A stretch of 44,707 nt of DNA, taken from the sequence record DRR723986_10634. One strand, 5' to 3'. A program made the position numbers and the translations under genes. Below the pieces are notes generated by a model. The model had not been told where the DNA came from, did no database searches, and saw only the letters and a list, made by a program, of their open reading frames with translations. Of this stretch, positions 35,401 to 44,443 are shown in pieces. Positions within the stretch are counted from its first letter, which is position 1. Every line of letters starts with the position of its first letter.

Positions 35401-36795
35401 GTGTCACTAATTAAATCAATCTCTGGCATCAGAGGTACCATCGGAGGAAAAGCTGGCGATGGACTTACTCCCATAGATATAGTCAAATTTGCTTCTGCAT
35501 ATGGAGCTTGGGTACTCGAAAAAACAAATAATCCTAAGGTGATTATCGGTAGAGATGCACGTCTTTCCGGTGAGATGGTTTCTGGATTGGTTTCGGCTAC
35601 GCTCCAAGGAATGGGAATCAATGTGGTCGATCTTGGATTGAGTACTACGCCTACTGTCGAATTTGCAGTTCCTTTGGAAAAAGCCGGTGGAGGAATCATC
35701 CTAACTGCAAGCCATAACCCAGTGCAGTGGAATGCCCTAAAGCTTCTCAATGCGAAGGGTGAATTCATATCAGACGCAGAAGGAAAAGACATTTTAGAGA
35801 AAGCTGATAAGGAGGATTTTTCTTTTGCGGAAGTAAAAAAACTTGGAAGCTATACTCAAATCAATGATTACATCGAGCGGCATATTCAGCATGTGTTGGA
35901 TCTGGATCTAGTAGATGTAGAAGCGATCAAGGCCAGAAATTTCAAAGTAGTAGTAGATGCGGTGAATTCCACAGGAGGAATTGCAGTTCCTATGCTTTTG
36001 AGAGCTTTGGGAGTCACGGAAATAGAGGAAATGTACTGTACCCCAGATGGCCATTTTCCTCACAACCCAGAGCCACTTCCTGAAAATTTAAGAGATATTT
36101 CTCAGAAGCTCGAAAGAGGAAGTTTCGATTTAGGAATTGTAGTTGATCCAGATGTAGATCGCTTGGCATTTATCAATGAGGACGGATCAGCCTTTGGAGA
36201 AGAATATACGTTGGTTGCAGTTGCTGATTATGTGCTTTCAAAGACTCCAGGGAATACTGTTTCTAATTTGAGTTCTACACGGGCACTACGTGATGTCACC
36301 GAAAAAAGAGGAGGAACTTACAATGCTTCAGCAGTAGGGGAAGTGAATGTTGTCAACCAAATGAAAGCGGTAGATGCAATCATTGGCGGTGAAGGAAATG
36401 GTGGTATTATCTACCCTACTTCTCATTATGGCCGTGATGCTTTAGTGGGAATCGGATTATTTTTGACTCACTTGGCTAATTTCGGAAAAAGCATTTCCAG
36501 ACTAAGAGCAACTTATCCAAGCTATCATATTTCAAAAAATAAAATCGAACTCACTCCAGAGATTGATGTTGATAATATTTTGCTTGAGATCAAAAAGAAG
36601 TATAAAAGCCATCCAATCAACGACATAGACGGAGTAAAAATCGAATTTGAAAAGGAATGGGTACATTTGCGGAAGTCAAATACAGAGCCGATTATACGGA
36701 TTTACTCTGAATCTGAATCAGAAGCTACCGCAGAGCACTTAGCGAAAAAGCTTATTGCTGATATTAAAGAAGTGGTCAACGCTTCCATGATTTAA
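35401..36795 (+). CDS. glmM: Phosphoglucosamine mutase / alpha-D-phosphohexomutase
   Basis: SGIRG, GRDAR, TTPT, TASHNP, DPDVDR, GGEGNGG, RKSNTEP; GTG start. Confidence 0.9.
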   Translation: MSLIKSISGIRGTIGGKAGDGLTPIDIVKFASAYGAWVLEKTNNPKVIIGRDARLSGEMVSGLVSATLQGMGINVVDLGLSTTPTVEFAVPLEKAGGGIILTASHNPVQWNALKLLNAKGEFISDAEGKDILEKADKEDFSFAEVKKLGSYTQINDYIERHIQHVLDLDLVDVEAIKARNFKVVVDAVNSTGGIAVPMLLRALGVTEIEEMYCTPDGHFPHNPEPLPENLRDISQKLERGSFDLGIVVDPDVDRLAFINEDGSAFGEEYTLVAVADYVLSKTPGNTVSNLSSTRALRDVTEKRGGTYNASAVGEVNVVNQMKAVDAIIGGEGNGGIIYPTSHYGRDALVGIGLFLTHLANFGKSISRLRATYPSYHISKNKIELTPEIDVDNILLEIKKKYKSHPINDIDGVKIEFEKEWVHLRKSNTEPIIRIYSESESEATAEHLAKKLIADIKEVVNASMI

Positions 36796-36856
36796 GCTAT
36801 ACAGAATTAAAAATATATAAATTCAAAGTGAGAAGGTAACTCTAGCATTGAGGCTA

Positions 36857-36877
36857 CTTCGGTCACCGGTCATCGGT
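36857..36877. repeat. Short heptamer array (3 units)
   Basis: CTTCGGT CACCGGT CATCGGT. Confidence 0.55.
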
Positions 36878-36958
36878 CGAGCCAACCAAAAGGAAATACG
36901 ATTATTGGCATACCTCCAGGTAATCGCCGTAAAGAATATACAACCCAACACGAGTACG

Positions 36959-38101
36959 ATGAAAGTTTATTTAGACAATGCAGCCACCACTGCCATGGAC
37001 GATCGAGTGATCGATGCCATGCTTCCTTTTATGAGAAATCATTATGGCAATCCTTCTTCTGTCCATAGTTTTGGTAGAGAAGTGAGGACTGCAATAGAAA
37101 GATCGAGAAAGAAGGTAGCTGAATTGTTAAATGTAACTCCTGCAGAAATTTTCTTCACTTCAGGAGGGACCGAAGCTGATAATACAGCGATTGTTTGCGG
37201 GATCGAAAGTCATGGAATCACTCATGCGATCACTTCTCCACTAGAGCATCATGCTGTTTTGCACACCTTAGAAATGTGTGAGAAAAAGGGCCATATCAAG
37301 CTTAGCATTTTAGATGTAAATGAAAAAGGTGAGTTGGATATAAATCAGCTGGAAGAATTGCTGAAAGCTAATCCAAAAAGCCTGGTTTCTCTGATGCATG
37401 CAAACAATGAGATAGGAAACCTGAACGACTTGAATCGTATCGGTTCTCTTGCCAAAGAGTATGGTGCGTTTTTCCATTCTGACACAGTGCAGACTATGGG
37501 GCATTATGTTCATGATTTAAAATCCCTTCCAGTAGATTCCATAGTCGCAGGTGGACATAAATTCCATGGGCCAAAAGGTTCAGGATTTCTTTATGTAAAA
37601 AAAGATAAGAAAATTCATCCTTTGATTCACGGCGGAGCTCAGGAGAGAAATATGCGTGGTGGAACGGAGAATGTGATTGGAATTATCGGAATCGCAAAAG
37701 CTTTGGAGATTGCCTATGAAGATATGGCTGAACATCAAGTTCATGTTGAAGCAATCAAAAAGCATTTTATCCAAAGCCTGACTCAGGAAATTCCTGGAGT
37801 AGAATTCAATGGACTTTCAGGAGATTTGGATAAGAGTTTATACACTGTTCTCAGCGTAAGCTTACCTCCATCCGAAGCGAACAGTGGTATGTTGCTTTTT
37901 AATCTTGATTTGGAAGGTGTATCTGCTTCAGGAGGGTCTGCTTGTAGTTCTGGAGCTACAGTTGGTTCGCATGTGCTAAGAGCAATCAATCACACACCAG
38001 AACGGGATGCGGTTAGATTTTCGTTCAGCCGATTTAATACGATAGAGGAAGTGGATTATACAGTCGGAAAGTTGAAAGAACTTTACGCCGTCGAAGCATA
38101 A
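36959..38101 (+). CDS. iscS: Cysteine desulfurase, IscS/NifS type
   Basis: YLDNAATT, GNPSS, FTSGGTEADN, EHHAV, NNEIG, HKFHGPKG (PLP Lys), GSACSSG (catalytic Cys). Start moved to ATG 36959. Confidence 0.92.
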   Translation: MKVYLDNAATTAMDDRVIDAMLPFMRNHYGNPSSVHSFGREVRTAIERSRKKVAELLNVTPAEIFFTSGGTEADNTAIVCGIESHGITHAITSPLEHHAVLHTLEMCEKKGHIKLSILDVNEKGELDINQLEELLKANPKSLVSLMHANNEIGNLNDLNRIGSLAKEYGAFFHSDTVQTMGHYVHDLKSLPVDSIVAGGHKFHGPKGSGFLYVKKDKKIHPLIHGGAQERNMRGGTENVIGIIGIAKALEIAYEDMAEHQVHVEAIKKHFIQSLTQEIPGVEFNGLSGDLDKSLYTVLSVSLPPSEANSGMLLFNLDLEGVSASGGSACSSGATVGSHVLRAINHTPERDAVRFSFSRFNTIEEVDYTVGKLKELYAVEA

Positions 38102-38102
38102 T

Positions 38103-38132
38103 AAAAAAGGAGCTCAGAAGGCTCCTTTTTTT
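38103..38132. terminator. Bidirectional intrinsic terminator
   Basis: AAAAAAGGAGC/GCTCCTTTTTT stem between convergent genes. Confidence 0.9.
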
Positions 38133-38159
38133 AATTTCAGCTTTTAGAATTTTAAATTC

Positions 38160-38903
38160 CTATTTGCCTTGATATCCAATAGCATAAGGAGTCCATATCT
38201 CATAAATAGGGTCGCCTTTGGAACTTAGACCGCTATGATGCCATTCTCCGTCGATTACCTCATAATTGAAGTCTAAGTTGGCACCGACCCGGCTATCATC
38301 CCGGGAAAAGAAAGTGATGCTTTCCACATATTTACCATCCTTAGCAGTGTAAGTGCCTCCCCCCGTTCCGGAAAATTCTTTTGTTTCAGAGTTGAAAGCT
38401 ATCCATTGAAAACGACCCCCGCTAAGGATTTTCACAGTTCTTCTAGCTCCCGGAGTTGATCTGGATATTTCTTCTCCTCTTCTTCTACCTGTTATCACCC
38501 AGTTTCCCGTAAGATCGTCTTCCGTGTCAGACACTTTTTCCCAGATTTCCACGAGCATTTTCCCATTGATATCCGATGAAATCACCATTTTCTCATTCAC
38601 CCAATCCAGTTTGTATTTATTTGAAGTTCCAACTTGAAAAGGATCTAGGGTAAAGAAATCTAAAGTCTCCACATAATTCCCATCATTATAGGTAAATGGA
38701 CCTCCGCCGGCACTGATAAAGTGATTGTCAGCGACCTGCTTAGCTCCAAATGCGAAATAATCATCTTGATAAATCTTGATGTATTCAATATCCTTTACTT
38801 CTTGACCATCTTGATGGGTAAGTTTCCAAGCGCCTTGCAGGCTTTGAGCCTCTGCCCAACTGAAGAATATTAAGGCTGTAAAAAAAAGTATAGTTGCTTT
38901 CAT
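38160..38903 (-). CDS. Secreted protein with two tandem lipocalin-like domains
   Basis: Signal peptide (AEA-Q); internal duplication LQGAW..KI..AGGGPFT..YVE..FF..VG..EIW versus LTGNW..KI..TGGGTYT..YVE..FF..VG..EIW. Confidence 0.75.
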   Translation of the reverse strand: MKATILFFTALIFFSWAEAQSLQGAWKLTHQDGQEVKDIEYIKIYQDDYFAFGAKQVADNHFISAGGGPFTYNDGNYVETLDFFTLDPFQVGTSNKYKLDWVNEKMVISSDINGKMLVEIWEKVSDTEDDLTGNWVITGRRRGEEISRSTPGARRTVKILSGGRFQWIAFNSETKEFSGTGGGTYTAKDGKYVESITFFSRDDSRVGANLDFNYEVIDGEWHHSGLSSKGDPIYEIWTPYAIGYQGK

Positions 38904-39032
38904 GGACTTAACGGGTTTTATTCACCTATTAAATTCAACAAGATTCGGCAGAAAACCAATGCTTTATATATGTGATGGCGTGATTTCCTGATAAATGAGA
39001 GTTTTCGCCTTTGAAATTCATAGTTTAATGAA

Positions 39033-39359
39033 ATGAAAGTTTTCTTGATTGGGGCATCTAAAAGTCAAGCGGAGCAAATGATTGCCGAAGACACCATTCA
39101 CCAGATTGATTTGGACGGTCAGATTATCGCCTTGGTAAGGCAAAAAGATGAGTTTTTCGCATTTCAAAGTACCTGTCCGCATCGTGGAGCTTCCTTGTTA
39201 CAGGGAGATCTGGATACCGGGATAATCAGGTGTTCTTTGCACGGTTATTCTTTTGATTTGAAATCTGGAGAGGTCCAGCTCGGTTTATGCTCGGCTTTGG
39301 AAACCTATTCAGTGGAACTGACAGAGGAAGGCTTAAAGATCTCCGTTCCAAATGAATAG
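39033..39359 (+). CDS. Rieske [2Fe-2S] ferredoxin-like protein
   Basis: CPHRG...CSLHG Rieske ligands, FDLKSGE. Confidence 0.9.
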   Translation: MKVFLIGASKSQAEQMIAEDTIHQIDLDGQIIALVRQKDEFFAFQSTCPHRGASLLQGDLDTGIIRCSLHGYSFDLKSGEVQLGLCSALETYSVELTEEGLKISVPNE

Positions 39360-39367
39360 CCTATCAC

Positions 39368-39396
39368 CAATTATCAAGTTTTAAACTTGATAATTG
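39368..39396. repeat. Perfect 14-bp inverted repeat with 1-nt spacer
   Basis: CAATTATCAAGTTT-T-AAACTTGATAATTG. Confidence 0.85.
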
Positions 39397-39460
39397 AATT
39401 TGCGCATTGACAATTGAATTTTCTAGCTACTTTAAGAATTCATTCACCCAAGTTCAAACT

Positions 39461-40729
39461 ATGTTAAAGCGCGGAATTCGCAGATGGGATCTGGTTTTTT
39501 TGATTATTAATTCTGTGATTGGAGCAGGTATTTTTGGCCTTCCGGCAAAAGCATTTGCGCTTTCTGGACCTTATTCATTGTTGGCTTTTGGTGTTTGTGC
39601 AGTAGTAATGCTGGTGCTCATCTTAGTCTTTATGGAAGTCAGTTCTAGGTTTGATAGAACTGGCGGACCCTACCTTTACATCAAAGAAGCATTTGGCAAC
39701 CTTCCGGCTTTCGCTGTAGGTTGGGTTTTGATGCTAACACGGCTTTTTAGCTATGCTACTTTGGTCAATTTGCTGGTCATTTACATGTCTTTTTTCTCAC
39801 CGGTTTTTCAGGAAGAATGGATGAGAATTCTAATGATTGTGGGGATTACAGCAGTGTTAACAGGGATTAACCTACTTGGAATCAAAGATTCTACCCGCAC
39901 CACAAATATCCTGACAATTTCAAAATTGGTTCCGTTGACGCTCTTTATTGTGATTGGACTTTTCTTTTTAAATGCTGATGCTTTTGATTTCAGTTCGCCT
40001 CCGCCAATGCCTGAGTTTGCAAACTCTGCTTTGTTGCTAATTTTTGCTTTCGGTGGTTTTGAAGCAGGTTTGGTAATCTCTGGGGAGGTTCAAAATCCTA
40101 GAAAAAATCTGCCTTTTGCTTTGATGACTGGAGCGCTGATTATTACTGTTTTTTATGTGTTGATTCAGATAGTTGCTATCGGAACTTTGCCAGATTTGGC
40201 TACTTCAGACAAGCCGCTTGCTGACGCAGCTTCCCGAATCATGGGATATGGTGGAGGCTTGTTTATTACGATTGGAGCTATAGTTTCTATTTTGGGAACC
40301 TTGAATGTTCAAATCCTTAGCGGATCCAGGTTGCCTTTTGCGCTTAGCGAATCGCGGCAATTCCCTCAAATATTTTCCTTTGTTCATCCCCGATTTCGCA
40401 CGCCAACAGTTGCAGTTTTATTCTTTTCTATTCTGATTATTATCGTCGCAACGGTCTGGGATTTTATGGGGTCACTGGCGATCTCTGTCATAGCCAGATT
40501 GCTGATTTACCTATTGGTATGCGGAGCTTTGATTCGCTTGCGCAAAAGCCAACCAGATGCAGATTACTACAAGTTAAAATTTGGAATACCCTTGGCAGTC
40601 GCGGGAATAGCTGCTACGATCTGGCTTCTCAGTAGCACTCAAATAGAGGAGATTACAGATATGGCCCTCTGGACAGCGTTGGGTTTTGTGATTTATGGAG
40701 TTCACAAGATTTTTTCAAGAAAAGATTAA
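39461..40729 (+). CDS. APC-family amino acid permease
   Basis: INSVIGAGIFGLP, TGGPYLY, FAFGGFE, EVQNPRKNLP, SGSRLPFA, HPRFRTP. Start moved to ATG 39461. Confidence 0.93.
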   Translation: MLKRGIRRWDLVFLIINSVIGAGIFGLPAKAFALSGPYSLLAFGVCAVVMLVLILVFMEVSSRFDRTGGPYLYIKEAFGNLPAFAVGWVLMLTRLFSYATLVNLLVIYMSFFSPVFQEEWMRILMIVGITAVLTGINLLGIKDSTRTTNILTISKLVPLTLFIVIGLFFLNADAFDFSSPPPMPEFANSALLLIFAFGGFEAGLVISGEVQNPRKNLPFALMTGALIITVFYVLIQIVAIGTLPDLATSDKPLADAASRIMGYGGGLFITIGAIVSILGTLNVQILSGSRLPFALSESRQFPQIFSFVHPRFRTPTVAVLFFSILIIIVATVWDFMGSLAISVIARLLIYLLVCGALIRLRKSQPDADYYKLKFGIPLAVAGIAATIWLLSSTQIEEITDMALWTALGFVIYGVHKIFSRKD

Positions 40730-40743
40730 GGTGGCTTTTTAAC

Positions 40744-40770
40744 AACAAAGATCACAAAGCACACGCAAAG
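40744..40770. repeat. CACAAAG-type short repeat remnant
   Basis: AACAAAG at CACAAAG caca CGCAAAG. Confidence 0.4.
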
Positions 40771-40863
40771 TTCTTGTCAGTTTTCCTCTTGTTTATTGAA
40801 TTTGAGAATTGTTACATGAATTTTTCTGGATATTTTGCTTTCAAACCCAACTCAACCTATTCC

Positions 40864-42981
40864 ATGAAAGCTTTCCTCCCTATTGCTGTTGGCTCTATAT
40901 TACTTTTTTCTGCCTGCCAACAGAAAGTTTCAGAAATTGACTATACCGATTGGTCGCACTATGGAGGCCCAGAAGATGGTTCGAGGTATTCTTCTTTATC
41001 CCAAATCACTAAGGAAAATGTATCCCAGCTGGAAGTTGCTTGGACATACCATACTGGAGATGCAACCGAGCGCTCGCAAATTCAATGTCAGCCGATAGTA
41101 GTAAATGGTTTACTTTATGGCTCGACGCCTACGTTAAATGTGTTCGCAGTAAATGCAGCCACAGGGCAGGAAGTTTGGAGATTTGATCCTTTTGAGGTGC
41201 TGGGAGGAGAAAATTCCTGGGCAGGAACAAATCGTGGTGTAAGCTATTGGGAGGATGGTGATGATAAAAGAATTCTTTTTGGAGCGGGAAATTGGTTGAT
41301 GGCAGTAAATGCAGAGACTGGTGAGCCAATTCTTGGTTTTGGAGATCAGGGTAAAGTTGATCTTCGAAAAGAATTAGATACAGAACGCGAGGATTTCCTG
41401 ATAGTAGCTAATGCTCCTGGAGTGGTGTATGGTGATTTGTTGATTATTGGGATGCGACTTTCCGAAGGGTTGGATGCTGCACCAGGTCACATTCGTGCCT
41501 ACAATATCAGAACTGGTGAGCGGGAATGGATTTTCCATACTATTCCTCAGGAAGGAGAACCTGGCTTTGAGACTTGGGATCCAGCGAATATAAAACAGAT
41601 TGGTGGAGCAAATAACTGGGCTGGAATGACGGTGGATCATGAGAGAGGAATCGTATTTGTGCCAACCGGCTCGGCTACCTATGATTTTTGGGGAGGCTAT
41701 CGCAAAGGAGATAATCTTTATGCCAATTCTCTGATTGCATTGAATGCCCAAACAGGTGAAAGAATTTGGCATTTTCAGGCGGTACATCATGACGTCTGGG
41801 ATCGAGATTTTCCTGCAAATCCAAACTTAATTCGAATTCAGAAGGACGGAAAGTGGATAGATGCAGTCGCGCAGATTTCCAAACAAGGGATGTCCTATGT
41901 GTTTGATCGGGAGACAGGGGAGCCGGTTTGGCCCATTGAAGAAACGCCTATGACTCAGTCTTCGATGCCGGGGGAATTTACTTCTCCGACTCAACCTATT
42001 CCATCTTTGCCTGAGCCGTTTATGACTATGGTTTTTGAGGACAAAAATATTTTAAATCTAAAGCCTGAGTGGGAAGCAGATATCAGAAGTCAGTTGAAAA
42101 ATGCGATTTATGGTGATACTTGGGCTCCTCCTCATCCGACCAAACCTCTGGTTCTTTTCCCAGGAATGGATGGTGGTGGAGAATGGGGCGGTGCTTCTTT
42201 TGATCCAACAAATCAAACGTTATACGTGAATGCAAATCAAATTCCTTGGATAATAGGAATGACCCCGAATGCGGATTTTGAAAATATTGGTAAATCCGTT
42301 TACACAAACTTTTGTGGGAATTGCCATGGGTTAGATAGAAAAGGAAACCCTCCGGCAATCCCAAGTTTATTGGGAGTGAAGGAGAAATATACCTATGATT
42401 CCTTGGCTATTTTGCTTCAAAAAGGAAGGGGAGCGATGCCTTCTTTTGTTCATATCGCTGATGAAAATAAGAAGGTTCTCTTAAACTATCTCTTGGATAA
42501 AGCCCCAGATGAAGGTGATAAGAAAGAAATGGAAGGTGCAGCTACACAGCTTTTCCCTCGCTATTATATGGATGGCTATAAAAAGTTGGTCACTAAAGAT
42601 GGAATGTACGGATCAAACCCGCCTTGGGGGCTTTTAACCGCAATCGATATGAATACAGGCAAGAAAAAGTGGCAAGTTCCGCTGGGAGAAATTGATTCAC
42701 TGAGTGCCCAGGGATTTGCTCCTACTGGCACTGAAAATTACGGTGGACCAGTGGTCACTGCTGGTGGTGTCCTTTTTATCGCAGCTACAAAGGATGAGAA
42801 AATTAGAGCTTTCGATAAGGAAACTGGTGAAATTCTTTGGGAAGCAAAACTTCCTGCGTCGGGACACGCTACCCCGGCAGTATACGAAATGAATGGAAAG
42901 CAATTTCTAGTAATTGCCTGTGGAGGTGGGAAAGGAACTAGAAGTGGTGACGCTTATGTGGCTTATGCTTTACCAAAGTAA
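40864..42981 (+). CDS. PQQ-dependent dehydrogenase (glucose/quinate type) lipoprotein with inserted c-type cytochrome domain
   Basis: Lipobox FSAC; DWSHYGG..RYSSLSQI, NRGVSYW, WHFQAVHHDVWDRD, GGEWGG, heme motif CGNCH with MPSF, PPWG, GGPVVTAGG. Start moved to ATG 40864. Confidence 0.9.
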   Translation: MKAFLPIAVGSILLFSACQQKVSEIDYTDWSHYGGPEDGSRYSSLSQITKENVSQLEVAWTYHTGDATERSQIQCQPIVVNGLLYGSTPTLNVFAVNAATGQEVWRFDPFEVLGGENSWAGTNRGVSYWEDGDDKRILFGAGNWLMAVNAETGEPILGFGDQGKVDLRKELDTEREDFLIVANAPGVVYGDLLIIGMRLSEGLDAAPGHIRAYNIRTGEREWIFHTIPQEGEPGFETWDPANIKQIGGANNWAGMTVDHERGIVFVPTGSATYDFWGGYRKGDNLYANSLIALNAQTGERIWHFQAVHHDVWDRDFPANPNLIRIQKDGKWIDAVAQISKQGMSYVFDRETGEPVWPIEETPMTQSSMPGEFTSPTQPIPSLPEPFMTMVFEDKNILNLKPEWEADIRSQLKNAIYGDTWAPPHPTKPLVLFPGMDGGGEWGGASFDPTNQTLYVNANQIPWIIGMTPNADFENIGKSVYTNFCGNCHGLDRKGNPPAIPSLLGVKEKYTYDSLAILLQKGRGAMPSFVHIADENKKVLLNYLLDKAPDEGDKKEMEGAATQLFPRYYMDGYKKLVTKDGMYGSNPPWGLLTAIDMNTGKKKWQVPLGEIDSLSAQGFAPTGTENYGGPVVTAGGVLFIAATKDEKIRAFDKETGEILWEAKLPASGHATPAVYEMNGKQFLVIACGGGKGTRSGDAYVAYALPK

Positions 42982-42991
42982 TCTTTTGAGA

Positions 42992-43402
42992 CTACCCTTT
43001 GTAATACATTGATCTGCGATTCGTCATTCCATCAATGGAAAACTTACCTGCCCCGAAAATTAAAATACAGAAGAAAACTATAAAATACAGGAGAGGTAAT
43101 TCTTTTCTCCCAAATGGGTCTGAAGCGTGTGCCACAAAAACAGCAATCAGCATAGTAATCATAAGTGGGATTGTGGCTAGACGAGTTTTGAATCCAATGA
43201 TCACTAAAATGCCACAAAGTAGTTCAGCAAATACTGCAAGTGACAAAGAAACCACTGGACCCAAACCTAGAAAATCCATGAATTTGATGGGATCGTCACC
43301 AAAAAGCCGTAGCAATTTAGGATAGCCATGTGTTATAATCATACCGCCGGCTCCTAATCTAAGCGCTAAAAGGCCTATGTCTTCTAATACAGTCTTCTTC
43401 AT
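42992..43402 (-). CDS. DoxX family membrane protein
   Basis: LALRLGAG..HGYPKL, AELLCG, GFKTR, ELPLLY, GAGKFSID. Confidence 0.92.
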   Translation of the reverse strand: MKKTVLEDIGLLALRLGAGGMIITHGYPKLLRLFGDDPIKFMDFLGLGPVVSLSLAVFAELLCGILVIIGFKTRLATIPLMITMLIAVFVAHASDPFGRKELPLLYFIVFFCILIFGAGKFSIDGMTNRRSMYYKG

Positions 43403-43503
43403 TTCTCAGGGTGAATTTTAAGATTGCAATCCAAATTATGATTTGCTCTCAATAATCAAAGGCCTTTTTATACAACTTGCTGCATGATGTTATAGTAAGG
43501 CAT

Positions 43504-43534
43504 AAAAAAAAGGCAGCCAGTAAGGCTGCCTTTT
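43504..43534 (-). terminator. Intrinsic terminator after sugar transferase
   Basis: AAAAGGCAGCC/GGCTGCCTTTT stem; T8 on the minus strand. Confidence 0.88.
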
Positions 43535-43556
43535 AATGTTTGGGTTAACTGTTAAA

Positions 43557-44276
43557 TTACTTCCCTTTTTTATTGATCATTGTCATGACTGTCTGCCCGA
43601 TGACTTTCAGATCAGTTAATAGATTTACTTGGGAAAGGTATTTTAAGTCCAAAATTACTCGTTGACACATTTCTTCTACGGTCTCTGCATAGCCAAAATC
43701 AACTTGGCCAATAGAAGTAATCCCTGGACGCAAAGTCAATAGCTGGGCATATTGAGGCTGTCTAGCGACAATCTGCTTAATAAAGTGGGCACGCTCGGGT
43801 CTAGGCCCAACGACTGACATATCACCCATCAGCACATTGAAGAATTGAGGTAGCTCATCTAAGTGAGTTTTTCTCATGAAGTTACCCCATTTGGTAATTC
43901 TAGGATCATTGTCCGTAGTCAGCTGTGGTCCATTCACCTCAGAGTCTACAATCATACTTCTATACTTAAGAATGTAGAATGGTTCGCCATTTCTACCAAT
44001 TCTTTCCTGCTTATAAAATACAGGACCTTTTGAGGTTAGCTTAGTAATAACTGTCAAAGCAATAAATACAGGAAGGCCTGCAAGAATGGCGATGGTGGAA
44101 AACAAGATATCGAAAGATCTTTTTACAAATCTTGTAGTAAGTTCTATTCCCTCATTAACAGTCTGTGAAACAGAGTTTCTGGAAATATTTGTTAAGGCAA
44201 AAAGGTCAGGGATAATCCTTCCAGACTGGTAGCCTTTAAAAACAATTTCTTGTTGGTTTGATTGATTACGTATCAT
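43557..44276 (-). CDS. Bacterial sugar transferase (priming undecaprenyl-phosphate hexose-1-phosphate transferase)
   Basis: KRSFDI, GPVFYKQERIG, KYRSM, DPRIT, LDELPQ, VGPRPER, RPGITS. Confidence 0.93.
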   Translation of the reverse strand: MIRNQSNQQEIVFKGYQSGRIIPDLFALTNISRNSVSQTVNEGIELTTRFVKRSFDILFSTIAILAGLPVFIALTVITKLTSKGPVFYKQERIGRNGEPFYILKYRSMIVDSEVNGPQLTTDNDPRITKWGNFMRKTHLDELPQFFNVLMGDMSVVGPRPERAHFIKQIVARQPQYAQLLTLRPGITSIGQVDFGYAETVEEMCQRVILDLKYLSQVNLLTDLKVIGQTVMTMINKKGK

Positions 44277-44319
44277 TGGTTTAGTCTTTTAAGTCAATTA
44301 CTGTGGTACTTTGTCTTAT

Positions 44320-44335
44320 CCAATAGGGATGCCAA
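44320..44335 (-). promoter_or_regulatory. Candidate sigma-54 (-24/-12) promoter
   Basis: Minus strand TTGGCATCCCTATTGG aligns with TGGCACG-N4-TTGC at correct spacing; the -12 reads TTGG. Confidence 0.35.
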
Positions 44336-44443
44336 GCATAAACATGCCTATTTTGATGAATAGGGTGCTTTTTGGGAAATTGTTAACATTATTTATGTGG
44401 AGGCTATCCACAAATCGAGCGTTTTTTTCCTAGTGGGTTAAGG

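Noticed and set aside
32797..40863. N-terminal extensions in the ORF track for fumC, ridA, iscS, the APC permease and the PQQ enzyme
   Set aside because: Family-typical N-termini, signal peptides or promoter boxes point to downstream ATGs at 32796, 33740, 36959, 39461 and 40864.
663..43325. Many short ORFs (60-150 aa) overlapping longer genes on the opposite strand or in shifted frames
   Set aside because: They lie within well-supported genes, show no recognisable motifs, and are best explained as shadow ORFs.
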